Origin: a virus
Taxonomy: Duplodnaviria; Caudoviricetes
IMG/VR virus record: IMGVR_UViG_3300025030_000016
Coordinates: 1 to 62,233 of that record
Reading direction: 5' to 3' (one strand)
DNA: 62,233 nucleotides
Under the pieces are notes generated by a model that ran no database searches, had not been told where the DNA came from, and saw nothing but the letters and a program-made list of their open reading frames with translations. A program made the translations under genes and the position numbers. Shown here one piece after another: positions 54,601 to 62,233 of this stretch; positions within the stretch are counted from its first letter, which is position 1, and every line of letters begins with the position of its first letter.

Positions 54601-57600
54601 AAGCGAGTCTCAGGGTTCGCCTTCTCATAGTCAGAAATCAGTTTCGCTGTCACGGTGCGGATCTTGTTGAAGTCTTTGTAGATGACCGCTGTAGCCTGCG
54701 CCGGGAACCTGCCGCCGTTCTTCTCGAAGACACGGCTGATCAGGTCGGAGACGTAGGCCAGCACTTTCTGAAACAGCGTCGGGTTCTCCTTGCTCATCTC
54801 GACCCAAAAGTCCTTCTCAGCGAGCAGAGCACCTACAGTGTCGGCCACGACTTCTTTTCCCGCCCGAGGTTTCGGAAAAGCCTTCAGATACTTCTTAGCC
54901 CCTTCCGCAGTGATCTGAGACCGGACGAACGCCTCGAAGGGGGCGTACAGTTCAGGTGCGCTCAGCTCAATGGTGTGCAGCAGTTCGTGTCCGAACACAG
55001 CCAGATGCGGCTCACTGGCGTTGGCGTTGATGTAGATGGTCGAAGGGTCGGTGTTTCGTATGAATCCGTCAGGAACTTCCAGCCCGTTCAAACTCTCAAA
55101 CACCACAACCTTCTTCCTGAAGGCTGCGCCAATTCCGCTGAGATGTCTTCCCACTTCCGTCTCTCGGCTAATTCGGACACCTCCTGGTATGACAGGTTTT
55201 CCAAGTGCTTCGGCAACGGCAGCCCTAACTCGTTCGAGTTCTCCGCCTGCGCCACCATCATCTTCAGTGACAGAAGTCCCGGGTGCATTTTCTTCTCCTT
55301 TCCTCTGCATCACCTCTCCGGCGCGGGCCACCAGCGAGCGGAGTTCGGTGTCCGTGTACTTCAGGTCGAACCCGAGTTTCCTCAGCGCCGCCTTGAAAAT
55401 CTCCACGAAGCGGTCCCACAGGGGATGCTTGGCATCGGTCTTCGCCAGCTCGACGATGTACTCCTCGGTCGCCTCCAGCTTCCCTTCCTTGTCCTTGGTG
55501 TCGATCCCCTTGGACTTGGCGAACTCCCTGACCCCCGAACCCAGATCGCCCCACGCCTTGGCGAGCAGTTTCTCCAGACCGTCGCGGCCAAGAAGCGAGC
55601 GCAGGCCGGCGTGCTGCAGTTCGTGGCGCAGGAGGACATCCTCCGCCTCTTTCAGCGAGGTGATGTGCTCGGCGTTCAGGTAGATGGTGCCGTTGTGGAA
55701 GACGCCGTTGAAGGCCGGAGCGTCCGGGCGAAGTCCCGGGATCTCGGAACCGGTGGCGACCACCTTGACGGGGATCTTCAGCTTGGCGACGATGGGGGCG
55801 AGATGCGCGCGCAGCGCCTCCGCCTCGACGGGTGCCTGCAGGTCGGCATACGTCGCCCTCCCTGCGAGGATCTGGTTGTACTGGTCCAGCTGCACCTCAA
55901 GGCGCGAGGTCAGGTCGTCCGCCGTGATGCCTTGCTGCGAGGCCGCAGCGGCGATCCCTTTGGCATCAGCCAGTCGGCGCACCGTCTCCTGCTTGGCCTC
56001 CTGGATGTCCGCCTTCGAGGGGGTGCGGGAGAATGCTGTCGCGTCCTGCTTCAGCTTCTCAGAGATATAAAAGGCGAGAGCGTTCCGGCGTATCGCGTTC
56101 AAATGCTTTTCAAGCTGCGACTGTTTCGCGTCCTCTGAACGGTTCACCCACGCTGGGTTGTTCTTCCAAGTATGCTCGCGCAGTCGGGTGGTCTCTTTGT
56201 CGAGAGACTCCTGGACTCCGATGGATTCCCATGCGGCGTGGGAGACTTTGCTCAGTTCTGCGTCGGTAATCGACTCGGACATCTTTAGCTTGCTCTGAAC
56301 TCCTTGCGCGATGAGGCTTCGGATTGACCCCACCACCGACTTCGGAATCCCCGCATCTGCGAAGGATGCGACTCGGGCGAATCTCGCCCCTTCAGGACTC
56401 AAAAGCCCCGCCTGCCTCAAAGCGCCAACCATGCGCTGCGCCGCCTCAGGGCTCTCAGCCGTTCCGGCATCTACCTCGAACTCACCCTTGGCGTTCTTCT
56501 CCGCCTGCGCCACCTTGGCGCGTTTCCCCCGCGGGTCGGTCATGACCAGGATGACCTTGTCGTCCTTACGCATCAGGGTCTCCGTGGGGGAGAGCTCCAT
56601 CTGCTGGCCGCTTAGGAGGGTCTTAGGCTCCTGTGGAGCCAGGGCCGCTGCCTGCTCTACAGCGGCCTCCGCCTTCTTCTCAATCCTCCACTCCCGCCGC
56701 TTGGCCGAGCCGCCTGCGGTCCGGTCCAGACGCTCCCCCTTGACCAGCGTGAAGCCCAGATCGTCCAGATGCGCCGCGACCTCCGCATCAGGGAGGAGCC
56801 CCTCTTTCAGTACGGTCCTGCCTGCCTTGGCCCAGGTCTGCGCGCGCAGGAGCGAAGGGTCGGCCACAGGCTCTGCCGGGATGGCGCGACCCTTCGTGCT
56901 CCCTTCCTGCACTACGACAGGCTCCTCCGGAGTAAAGAGATCCTGCTGAACCGGCTTCAACGCCTCCACGACCTTTGCCTCTTCCTTGGCCTGCAGGATC
57001 TCCAGAGGGTTCTCCTCCACGGAGAGCGACTCGGCTACCGCCTCAAGGAGTGCGGCCCTCGTCTCCTCCGGCTTCGCCTCTCCTGCCAGCTCCTCGACGA
57101 CCTTCTGCGTCTCGGCATCAAGCGGATGGTCCCCCGCATCAAGCCGGTCCAGAGCCTCGGCCTGGAAAGCTACTGAGTCTTCCGGGTTCAGCCGGGCGGC
57201 CAGAGCCTCGACTGCCGGTTTCTGCTCCTCAGGGAAGAGGTCCTGCAACTCGTCCAGCTCCTCCTTGATCTTCGTGGCTTCGCCGCCCACCCCCGCCGCC
57301 TTGGCGGCCAGGTTGAAAGCAGCCGAAGTCCCGCCGCCCATGACCCCGCCGGCCAGAGCGCCTGAGGCCGCCGCTGCACCCACCCCTTGAGTCAAGGGTT
57401 TCCCTGTCGCAAGGTTCTGTGCCGCCTGCTCCTGCGCGGACTGCGGCATCTCTTCAAGGAGACCCTCGGAGGCTACACCGCCTGCCAGAGCCTTGACCGT
57501 TCCAGTCTTGGCCGCCTGCGCCCCTCCGGCCAGAGCCGTGTCCACGTCGGCGATACCGAAACGGCGGGCGAGTCTGCCTCCCGCCACACCGAGAGCTCCT

Positions 57601-58175
57601 GTGGCTGCCCCGCTCCCTGCCGCAATCGCCGCCTGCTTGCCGGTGATGAGGCCCGTGGGACTCTCCTGCCTGATCTGCTCCGCCGTGGAGCCTGCGCTCA
57701 TGACCCCCTCGCCCGCGGCCGCAGCAGCGACCACCGGCACTCCTGCTTTCATAAGCCCTCGGGCTACACCCGCGCCGCCCAGCATGGAGGGCGCCGACTC
57801 GATGACCGTGTGAGCGATCGTGGACGGGTTCCTGAAAGAAGCCTTCAGTCTCGGCACGAAGCCGTCGGCCTGAGAGACCTCGGCGTTCGCCGCCTGCTGC
57901 TCCAGAGAGTAGAGGGTGTCCAGGGTCGCCTTGGCTTCCTTGGGCCTGAAGCCTACGGCCTCCGCCGCTTTCCCCGCAAGCCCTCCGGTGGCAATGTCCG
58001 CCACACCTACCACCGCCTCGGGGAGGCCGATGGCTCCCTTGGTCGCGGAGATTAGAGGGTCTGCCACGAACCGGCGCAGGCGGGAAGGAGGTGCCGCAGG
58101 TCCGACTTCCGGACCCTCGTAGGGGGTGAGCTTGGGCGCGTCTACTTCTTCGCCGTCATAGGGGGTCAGGGCCAC
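51657..58175 (-). CDS. Large polyvalent ejected virion protein (PLxRFG domain, two zincin HExxH domains), ~2172 aa
   Basis: GTG 58175 after RBS AAGGAGAGG; YAPLMRFG; RHELQH and GHELLH; Ala/Gly-rich N-terminus (EEMPQSAQEQ). Confidence 0.85.
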   Translation of the reverse strand: MALTPYDGEEVDAPKLTPYEGPEVGPAAPPSRLRRFVADPLISATKGAIGLPEAVVGVADIATGGLAGKAAEAVGFRPKEAKATLDTLYSLEQQAANAEVSQADGFVPRLKASFRNPSTIAHTVIESAPSMLGGAGVARGLMKAGVPVVAAAAAGEGVMSAGSTAEQIRQESPTGLITGKQAAIAAGSGAATGALGVAGGRLARRFGIADVDTALAGGAQAAKTGTVKALAGGVASEGLLEEMPQSAQEQAAQNLATGKPLTQGVGAAAASGALAGGVMGGGTSAAFNLAAKAAGVGGEATKIKEELDELQDLFPEEQKPAVEALAARLNPEDSVAFQAEALDRLDAGDHPLDAETQKVVEELAGEAKPEETRAALLEAVAESLSVEENPLEILQAKEEAKVVEALKPVQQDLFTPEEPVVVQEGSTKGRAIPAEPVADPSLLRAQTWAKAGRTVLKEGLLPDAEVAAHLDDLGFTLVKGERLDRTAGGSAKRREWRIEKKAEAAVEQAAALAPQEPKTLLSGQQMELSPTETLMRKDDKVILVMTDPRGKRAKVAQAEKNAKGEFEVDAGTAESPEAAQRMVGALRQAGLLSPEGARFARVASFADAGIPKSVVGSIRSLIAQGVQSKLKMSESITDAELSKVSHAAWESIGVQESLDKETTRLREHTWKNNPAWVNRSEDAKQSQLEKHLNAIRRNALAFYISEKLKQDATAFSRTPSKADIQEAKQETVRRLADAKGIAAAASQQGITADDLTSRLEVQLDQYNQILAGRATYADLQAPVEAEALRAHLAPIVAKLKIPVKVVATGSEIPGLRPDAPAFNGVFHNGTIYLNAEHITSLKEAEDVLLRHELQHAGLRSLLGRDGLEKLLAKAWGDLGSGVREFAKSKGIDTKDKEGKLEATEEYIVELAKTDAKHPLWDRFVEIFKAALRKLGFDLKYTDTELRSLVARAGEVMQRKGEENAPGTSVTEDDGGAGGELERVRAAVAEALGKPVIPGGVRISRETEVGRHLSGIGAAFRKKVVVFESLNGLEVPDGFIRNTDPSTIYINANASEPHLAVFGHELLHTIELSAPELYAPFEAFVRSQITAEGAKKYLKAFPKPRAGKEVVADTVGALLAEKDFWVEMSKENPTLFQKVLAYVSDLISRVFEKNGGRFPAQATAVIYKDFNKIRTVTAKLISDYEKANPETRFARTLSDPKALTAFTKKLDGQVAKRVLSDLSGNIWRAVMPVDRTIRMAQSMPLYAPIKAHLETYLRQKRAKAAAGDEPPTRAQTIRLEFEKAFKTDAEHKAFDDLTLKATLYEQHADGRNAGWTEASWKESGKLEQTGKTLGEARAEIAALWKKLNPEQRRVQQKIIDHMKVLSEQFRAAQLEPLRASFGDEAFDLAEQLSEQLWKLDADGIGKMYEKHGADAMSLAEQIAMINSDRGQLKGDYAPLMRFGDHVVRTLEADSEKRVKTEFFETKQQAMDAVARIRGEAGVFPVYDLQTEGDRNVTNIPLAFLEKMKMAAEARGLSGEALDALMDDFKAARLQTMPRYSVAGHSLKREGVEGYSTDALRSYATYVAKSARAIANLKYGTAIDQSFRDMNNSIKAYQDPSADWSPHAVERMSSLKDNLYRLEMQHNAEKVNEFTKAVGKATFLWYLSSPSVWAVQWSQPFMTTIPKMAARYGVTKAFGAYVKEAKRYLAGEFSDEKIEAFNVAHENAGERLYDLIQQERKALPAEKAGLRKAMQALYNGFDDKGKRLLILKTLGLQGMLDLSSSHALQDLITGASDGQKMLDDVVNKGAFFMQKSETGSRRAAAVSSFQLALSHGKDFMEANDYASNIIDDTLADFSSQNRPGLLRGNTGRILGQFQFFRLHMLGKMVQLAKDAYGEKGWGEARKELAYMTGMSMGLAGAAGTPVALLASNTVTSAIWAGLAAAFGDPDDPWEPKREFENMVREAVGDTAGNAFLKGLPAMLGADISKRVGLGGMANVISGEPPPGLSGTQKAQWYAGRVLGPAFGIASDSMRAIDALSDGDLGLAVTASSPKVVKDFAKAYNLTERGAVGAGGNTLIQPEDVSPVSIALQLLGINPTEVSLAQDERRAMSGLTVELRQRRSLLVRRMTEATMEGDFEAREEALEAINAWGEKQPEMKIAQSELLEAVKRGIRARSGILTEREKLIQEKVRGE

Positions 58176-58185
58176 AGGCCTCTCC

Positions 58186-59562
58186 TTACTGAACGAATTT
58201 TTTACCCTGCGCGTCGACCAGGATGGCCTTGCCTTCAGGGGTGAACTTGCCGGATGCTTTGAAGCCTGCAGGGATCGCCGCCGCGGCAGGGTCGAACAGC
58301 TGCCCCGCATCGTTGACCAGCCCCGCCTGCTGATCAGGGCCGAACCATTTGTTCTTCGCCTTCTGGACTTTCCGGTAACCGCCACGAACGGCGAGGGCGG
58401 CCTCGGAGGGGAGGAGCCCTGCGCTGGTGGCGAGGGACTCGGCGTAGGCTGCGTCGGCCTTGACCATGGGGGAGTTGTTCCTCGCCTCCAGAGCCTTCAG
58501 CTTCCCTTCCTCGATCATGCGCTGCTTCTCTAGCGTGAGGTCTGCGTCCGACTTGCTCCGGACTCCCTCGCCCAAAGCATTCTTGTAGGCGATGTCGGCG
58601 CGGGTCGCCTCGGGGTAGAACTGAGCCTCCAGATCGGTCTTGGTGGCGGCTGCCCTCAGGCTGTTCCGGTAGGACGCTGCGGTCTGGAGGTCGGAACCCT
58701 GGTCCAGCACCTTCCCCGGGAGGAGCGTATCCCTCTCCGCGATCTGCGAGACCGTACCCGCCTCGGTCGTGTCCGCGTTCTGCTGGCTCACCCTGTAGGT
58801 GCGCAGGTTGTTCGCCTCGGTCTCGGCCTGCTTCTGCTGCTCCAGAGCCAAAGCCCTGCGCTTGAAGAAGAACGGCTCTCCGTCGGGGGTGGACGCCTGT
58901 GCATCCTCCCACGCCTCCTGACTCCCCGTGTAGCCTACGTCTCCGGCCCGTTTCCGATAGGTGGGAGCGGAGTCGAACTGAGCCTCTCCTGTGGAGCCGA
59001 GCCCGTCGTAGGCCTTGCTCCCCGCGATGTACATCCTGACCCCGTCCTGCTCGATGTAGCCTCTGCCTGCGGACTCCGCCACAGGCTCCTCTGCGGAGTA
59101 GGAGACGGTCGGCGTGGGGATCGGCACGGGGCGCTGCGGGACCGCTGCAGCCTGAGGCCTGCGGTAAGAGGGGGCTGAGGTCGATGCCGCAGAAGCGGCG
59201 GGGGAGATCAAACGCTCCCCGGGAGTGTGCGCGGCGATCGTGGAAGGTCGCAACCCCAAGGCCGGAGCCGTAGCCGCCTGTGCAGGGGTGGTCCCCCGGG
59301 CCTCGTAGCGTCTGAGGTTCGCCGCAGGGAAAGCCGCCTGCCGCTCCTCGAAGGTCGTGGTCGGCGTGCCGGTGGCTGCGACGGCGTTGTAGGTTCGCAC
59401 CCCCGCGTTGACCAGACCGTTCACCCCTGCCTTGGCGAGTCCGCCCAAAGCTCCCCCAAGGGTTTTGACGTCACCCAGCTTGGCGGGGTCGGTCTCGTAG
59501 TCGTTCAGTTTTGCCGGCAAGCCGAAATAGGATCGAGCGTTGAACCTCGCGGTTTCCGCCAT
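58186..59562 (-). CDS. Internal virion (ejection) protein
   Basis: Low-complexity Ala-rich helical protein preceding the giant protein. Confidence 0.65.
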   Translation of the reverse strand: MAETARFNARSYFGLPAKLNDYETDPAKLGDVKTLGGALGGLAKAGVNGLVNAGVRTYNAVAATGTPTTTFEERQAAFPAANLRRYEARGTTPAQAATAPALGLRPSTIAAHTPGERLISPAASAASTSAPSYRRPQAAAVPQRPVPIPTPTVSYSAEEPVAESAGRGYIEQDGVRMYIAGSKAYDGLGSTGEAQFDSAPTYRKRAGDVGYTGSQEAWEDAQASTPDGEPFFFKRRALALEQQKQAETEANNLRTYRVSQQNADTTEAGTVSQIAERDTLLPGKVLDQGSDLQTAASYRNSLRAAATKTDLEAQFYPEATRADIAYKNALGEGVRSKSDADLTLEKQRMIEEGKLKALEARNNSPMVKADAAYAESLATSAGLLPSEAALAVRGGYRKVQKAKNKWFGPDQQAGLVNDAGQLFDPAAAAIPAGFKASGKFTPEGKAILVDAQGKKFVQ

Positions 59563-59586
59563 TATGCACCTCCGATATGCGGGGCG

Positions 59587-60696
59587 TTAAGCCCCGCCGG
59601 TATTTAACGTAATCGTGCTGGCTCCTGCCGCCAGTGCCAGTGCAGCCTGCGCCGCCGCCGTCGAGGCTGCGATCTGGTTCCTGACATTGGCATCGCGGTC
59701 TTCCAGGTTCAGCTTCGCGGTGTCCAGGAAACTCTTGACTCTCGCCTGGAAGTCCTGGATCTCCAGCTTCATCGACTCGGCCGTGATGTCCGCGTTCAGT
59801 TTCGCCACGTCGGCATCAAAGGCCGCCTCTTTCAGCTGGATCTCTTTCAGCGTCTTGTGCTTCTCCAGCTCGTTGTTGAACTGCGCCAGGAACTCCTTGA
59901 CCTTCAATTCCGCCTGGCTCACCGCCGCGACGACATCGGCCTGGTACTTCTCCACCTGGGCTGAGACCGTGGCGCTGTAGACCTTGACGGTGGTGTCCAG
60001 GTAGCGCACGTTGAACTCCACGTCGGCGCCATGGGCGGCGATCCCCTGCTGCAGCGAGAACTGGTAGTTGGTCTTGGCCCAGTCGAAGATTCCCGCGATC
60101 AGGGTGCGCGAGGCCTCGGAGAGGTCGAACTGGTATTTCTGCTGCGCGTCCAGCTTCAGCGCGGTGGTCATGGAGTTGGGGTGGCTGAACCCTGCGGCGC
60201 CTGTCGTGGCGTCCGCCATGGAGTAGAGGTCTCGCAGCGTCTGGGTCTTGCGCTCGTACTCCTTGGCATAGAGCGCCGACTGCAGCCTGGTCGTGTCCGA
60301 GGAGAGCTTGTCGATCGCACTGTCGATGTCGTCGGCGCCGGTGATGGAGTCGGTGAAGAGTGCGAGTTTCGACTTCAGGTTGGTCCAGAAGGTCTCGCTC
60401 CACATCGCCGTGACCCCTCCCGCAAGCGACGGGGCGGCGGGGAGCGCGGGGGCTGCCAGTGCCGTGAAGTCTGCGGCGACGAAAGCGGGGAGCGAGAGGG
60501 CCGTGAGCGCGGGCTTCGCCCCGGAGGCTGCGGCGAGCGGGTCCAGTGTCAGGTTCGACACGGCACTTAAAGCCGTGTAGGTCCAGGAGGTGGCCTGCGC
60601 CGTGAGCCTGGCGATGGCCGCATCGGCCTGGGTCTGCATGTGGTCGACGAAGGCTCTGGTTGCAGTGGCCTCCGCCGAAGCATCGAAAGTAGCCAT
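59587..60696 (-). CDS. Internal virion (ejection) protein
   Basis: Ala-rich coiled coil; RBS GGAGG before ATG 60696. Confidence 0.65.
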   Translation of the reverse strand: MATFDASAEATATRAFVDHMQTQADAAIARLTAQATSWTYTALSAVSNLTLDPLAAASGAKPALTALSLPAFVAADFTALAAPALPAAPSLAGGVTAMWSETFWTNLKSKLALFTDSITGADDIDSAIDKLSSDTTRLQSALYAKEYERKTQTLRDLYSMADATTGAAGFSHPNSMTTALKLDAQQKYQFDLSEASRTLIAGIFDWAKTNYQFSLQQGIAAHGADVEFNVRYLDTTVKVYSATVSAQVEKYQADVVAAVSQAELKVKEFLAQFNNELEKHKTLKEIQLKEAAFDADVAKLNADITAESMKLEIQDFQARVKSFLDTAKLNLEDRDANVRNQIAASTAAAQAALALAAGASTITLNTGGA

Positions 60697-60726
60697 CGAC
60701 ACACCTCCGGAAATATTAGCGCGATA

Positions 60727-60942
60727 CTATCTTAACCGGCGCAGAACTGCAAGGTTTTCCTTGACTTTTTCGCCGAACTGGTTCAGCGCCTCTTGCCTCT
60801 TGCCGCAGCCGCAGTCCCGCCCCGTCAAAGAGGTGTAGGCGTGGGCGAGTTTATCCAGCCCTGAGGCGTGGATCGCGGCTGCGACCTGGTCGCCCAAGCC
60901 TGTGAGCGTCCCCGTTATGTGCCTGCCGTTTTCGTCCAGCAT
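60727..60942 (-). CDS. 71-aa protein with GLGD...CGC..RQEALN motif
   Basis: TGATG coupling to the upstream fibre gene. Confidence 0.6.
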   Translation of the reverse strand: MLDENGRHITGTLTGLGDQVAAAIHASGLDKLAHAYTSLTGRDCGCGKRQEALNQFGEKVKENLAVLRRLR

Positions 60943-62233
60943 CAGTAGTACTCCTCGAAACTCCGAATGTCGAAGATGTAACCAAACATGGTTGGGAAGG
61001 AAACCCCCTGAACGAAGTTGTAACCTGTTGCGGCATTCAGGTGTGAGAAGAAGCAACCATACCCGCAATTTTCCGTACATACGCCGTTGACGTAAAGCGG
61101 AGTGAACCGGCTCTGAATGTCGTAGTTGCCTGTAATGCGATACCGCCCGTCGCTGGACACATAGGTCAGCACTGGAGCAGTTGTAGGCGAGACGTAATTG
61201 CCTGCGGCGTCAATGGTCAGCCAACTGCTCCATTGTGGATGTGTGCGGATAGACGTCCGTGAACAAAACGGAATAAGATGCCACGTCGGGGTAGGCGGAG
61301 TCGACCCGCAGTTAGGTATGTACAGGCTGGACATACTTATGTCGATCGAAGCCCCTGCGGAGTCCGTGATGCGTACGTAACCGCTCGTGGTGCAGCCTCC
61401 CGAACCCACGATCAATCTCAGGGTCTTTCCGGCCACCACCCAGGTCGACGTGATGCCGGCGTAGCTCCCGAGCAGCGTGAAAGAGTAAGTCCCGCTGGCT
61501 GAAGGTGTCCCGCCTGTCGCGGTTATGTCCAGTCCGTTCCGCGTGTAGCCCAGCGGCAGCTTCGGCGCCTGCACCTGAACGTTCCCCAAGGCGGGGGCGC
61601 TCGTGGCGGGAACCCCTCCTGCGGTCTCGGTCGCGGTGTAGGTGAACCATGCGGTGTGCGGGTAGCTGCCGGTCGGGTGCGCGGCGGTGAGATCTACGAA
61701 TTTCACATGGTCCTCGGGCGACACGGACACCAGGCCGACGGAGAACCAGCACTCGTGGATGGAGACAGGGTAGGCTGCATTCCAACCGTTGAAGCACCAG
61801 AGCGAAATGGTGTCGAACTCCTCCCACGAGTTGCAGGAGATGGATGGCATCCACGCCTCCACTTGGTTGGCGATCTTGGCGAAACTGATTGCCGAAGCCA
61901 CCGCGCCGCCTTTACGCACCTCCGCCCGTGCAGGGGTTCCTCCGGCGTAGACCGATGTACTGTACACCACGACACCCTGCACGCTGATAGGTCTGTACTG
62001 CAGCTTGAAGGCCGCATCTATGTTGCGCCTGGCGACAGCGAAGTAATTGAAACTGGGGTAGTTGCCGGGGTTGATCGTCGCTGCGGTCGACACGTTCCCA
62101 TCGTAGCAGCGGTCCACGTTCGAGGAGCTGAGCGACTGCACCAGTCTGTCCGGATTCAGATACTGGTAGGTCGTCGCGCCGCTCGGGTATTTCGTGACGC
62201 TGCAGTTGGCGCTAGACCCCGTCACGTTGAAGG
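60942..62233 (-). CDS. 3' part of the ~848-aa origin-spanning tail protein
   Basis: In frame with 1..1382; discoidin-like (DGNVST) and Ig-like beta domains. Confidence 0.8.
   Translation of the reverse strand, partial: FNVTGSSANCSVTKYPSGATTYQYLNPDRLVQSLSSSNVDRCYDGNVSTAATINPGNYPSFNYFAVARRNIDAAFKLQYRPISVQGVVVYSTSVYAGGTPARAEVRKGGAVASAISFAKIANQVEAWMPSISCNSWEEFDTISLWCFNGWNAAYPVSIHECWFSVGLVSVSPEDHVKFVDLTAAHPTGSYPHTAWFTYTATETAGGVPATSAPALGNVQVQAPKLPLGYTRNGLDITATGGTPSASGTYSFTLLGSYAGITSTWVVAGKTLRLIVGSGGCTTSGYVRITDSAGASIDISMSSLYIPNCGSTPPTPTWHLIPFCSRTSIRTHPQWSSWLTIDAAGNYVSPTTAPVLTYVSSDGRYRITGNYDIQSRFTPLYVNGVCTENCGYGCFFSHLNAATGYNFVQGVSFPTMFGYIFDIRSFEEYY
62107..62233. repeat. Terminal direct repeat (copy 2)
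   Basis: Identical to 1-127. Confidence 0.95.

Noticed and set aside
51657-58175. N4-like virion RNA polymerase, suggested by the N4-gp56-type MCP and hairpins
   Set aside because: No T7-type RNAP motifs recognised; PLxRFG and zincin motifs are present instead
62107-62233. 127-bp terminal repeat as a biological DTR
   Set aside because: Matches a common assembler k-mer and interrupts a CDS; it shows circularity only
60942-62233. Diversity-generating retroelement target
   Set aside because: No reverse transcriptase, and I noticed no template/variable repeat pair

Overview
The window is a complete circular assembly of a ~62.1 kb GC-rich podovirus-type dsDNA phage. Bases 62107-62233 repeat bases 1-127 exactly, so the unit length is 62,106 bp. 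The host is probably Geobacteraceae or a related Desulfobacterota lineage; this is inferred from a Geobacter-type Ig repeat and ThyX, not shown directly. There are three transcription blocks. (1) A long minus-strand late block from 25285 across the origin to 51657: terS, holin-like, fibre/tailspike genes, amidase, terL, portal, scaffold, N4-gp56-type MCP, adaptor, nozzle and three ejected proteins, including a 2172-aa PLxRFG polyvalent protein. (2) A short minus-strand cluster of mostly acidic small early genes (28692-25744). (3) A plus-strand replication/nucleotide block (29419-51649): PolA, ATP ligase, Cas4-like nuclease, ThyX, VRR-NUC, SNF2 helicase, DHH, RyR, DUF927 primase-helicase, C5-MTase and NUDIX. 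I saw no integrase, RNA polymerase, reverse transcriptase or CRISPR array. The most notable observations are: a fibre-subunit/collagen-repeat gene pair in which both partners carry Sec signal peptides, mirrored by a signal-less counterpart pair; a C5-methyltransferase split over two fully overlapping frames that start from one ATGTG; a 15x CGAAGGGA array with C(GAA)G mini-hairpins; a ~180-nt ncRNA candidate bounded by a promoter and terminator; and a tRNA-like RNA with a broken anticodon arm. All family calls come from motif recognition by eye, without database searches.
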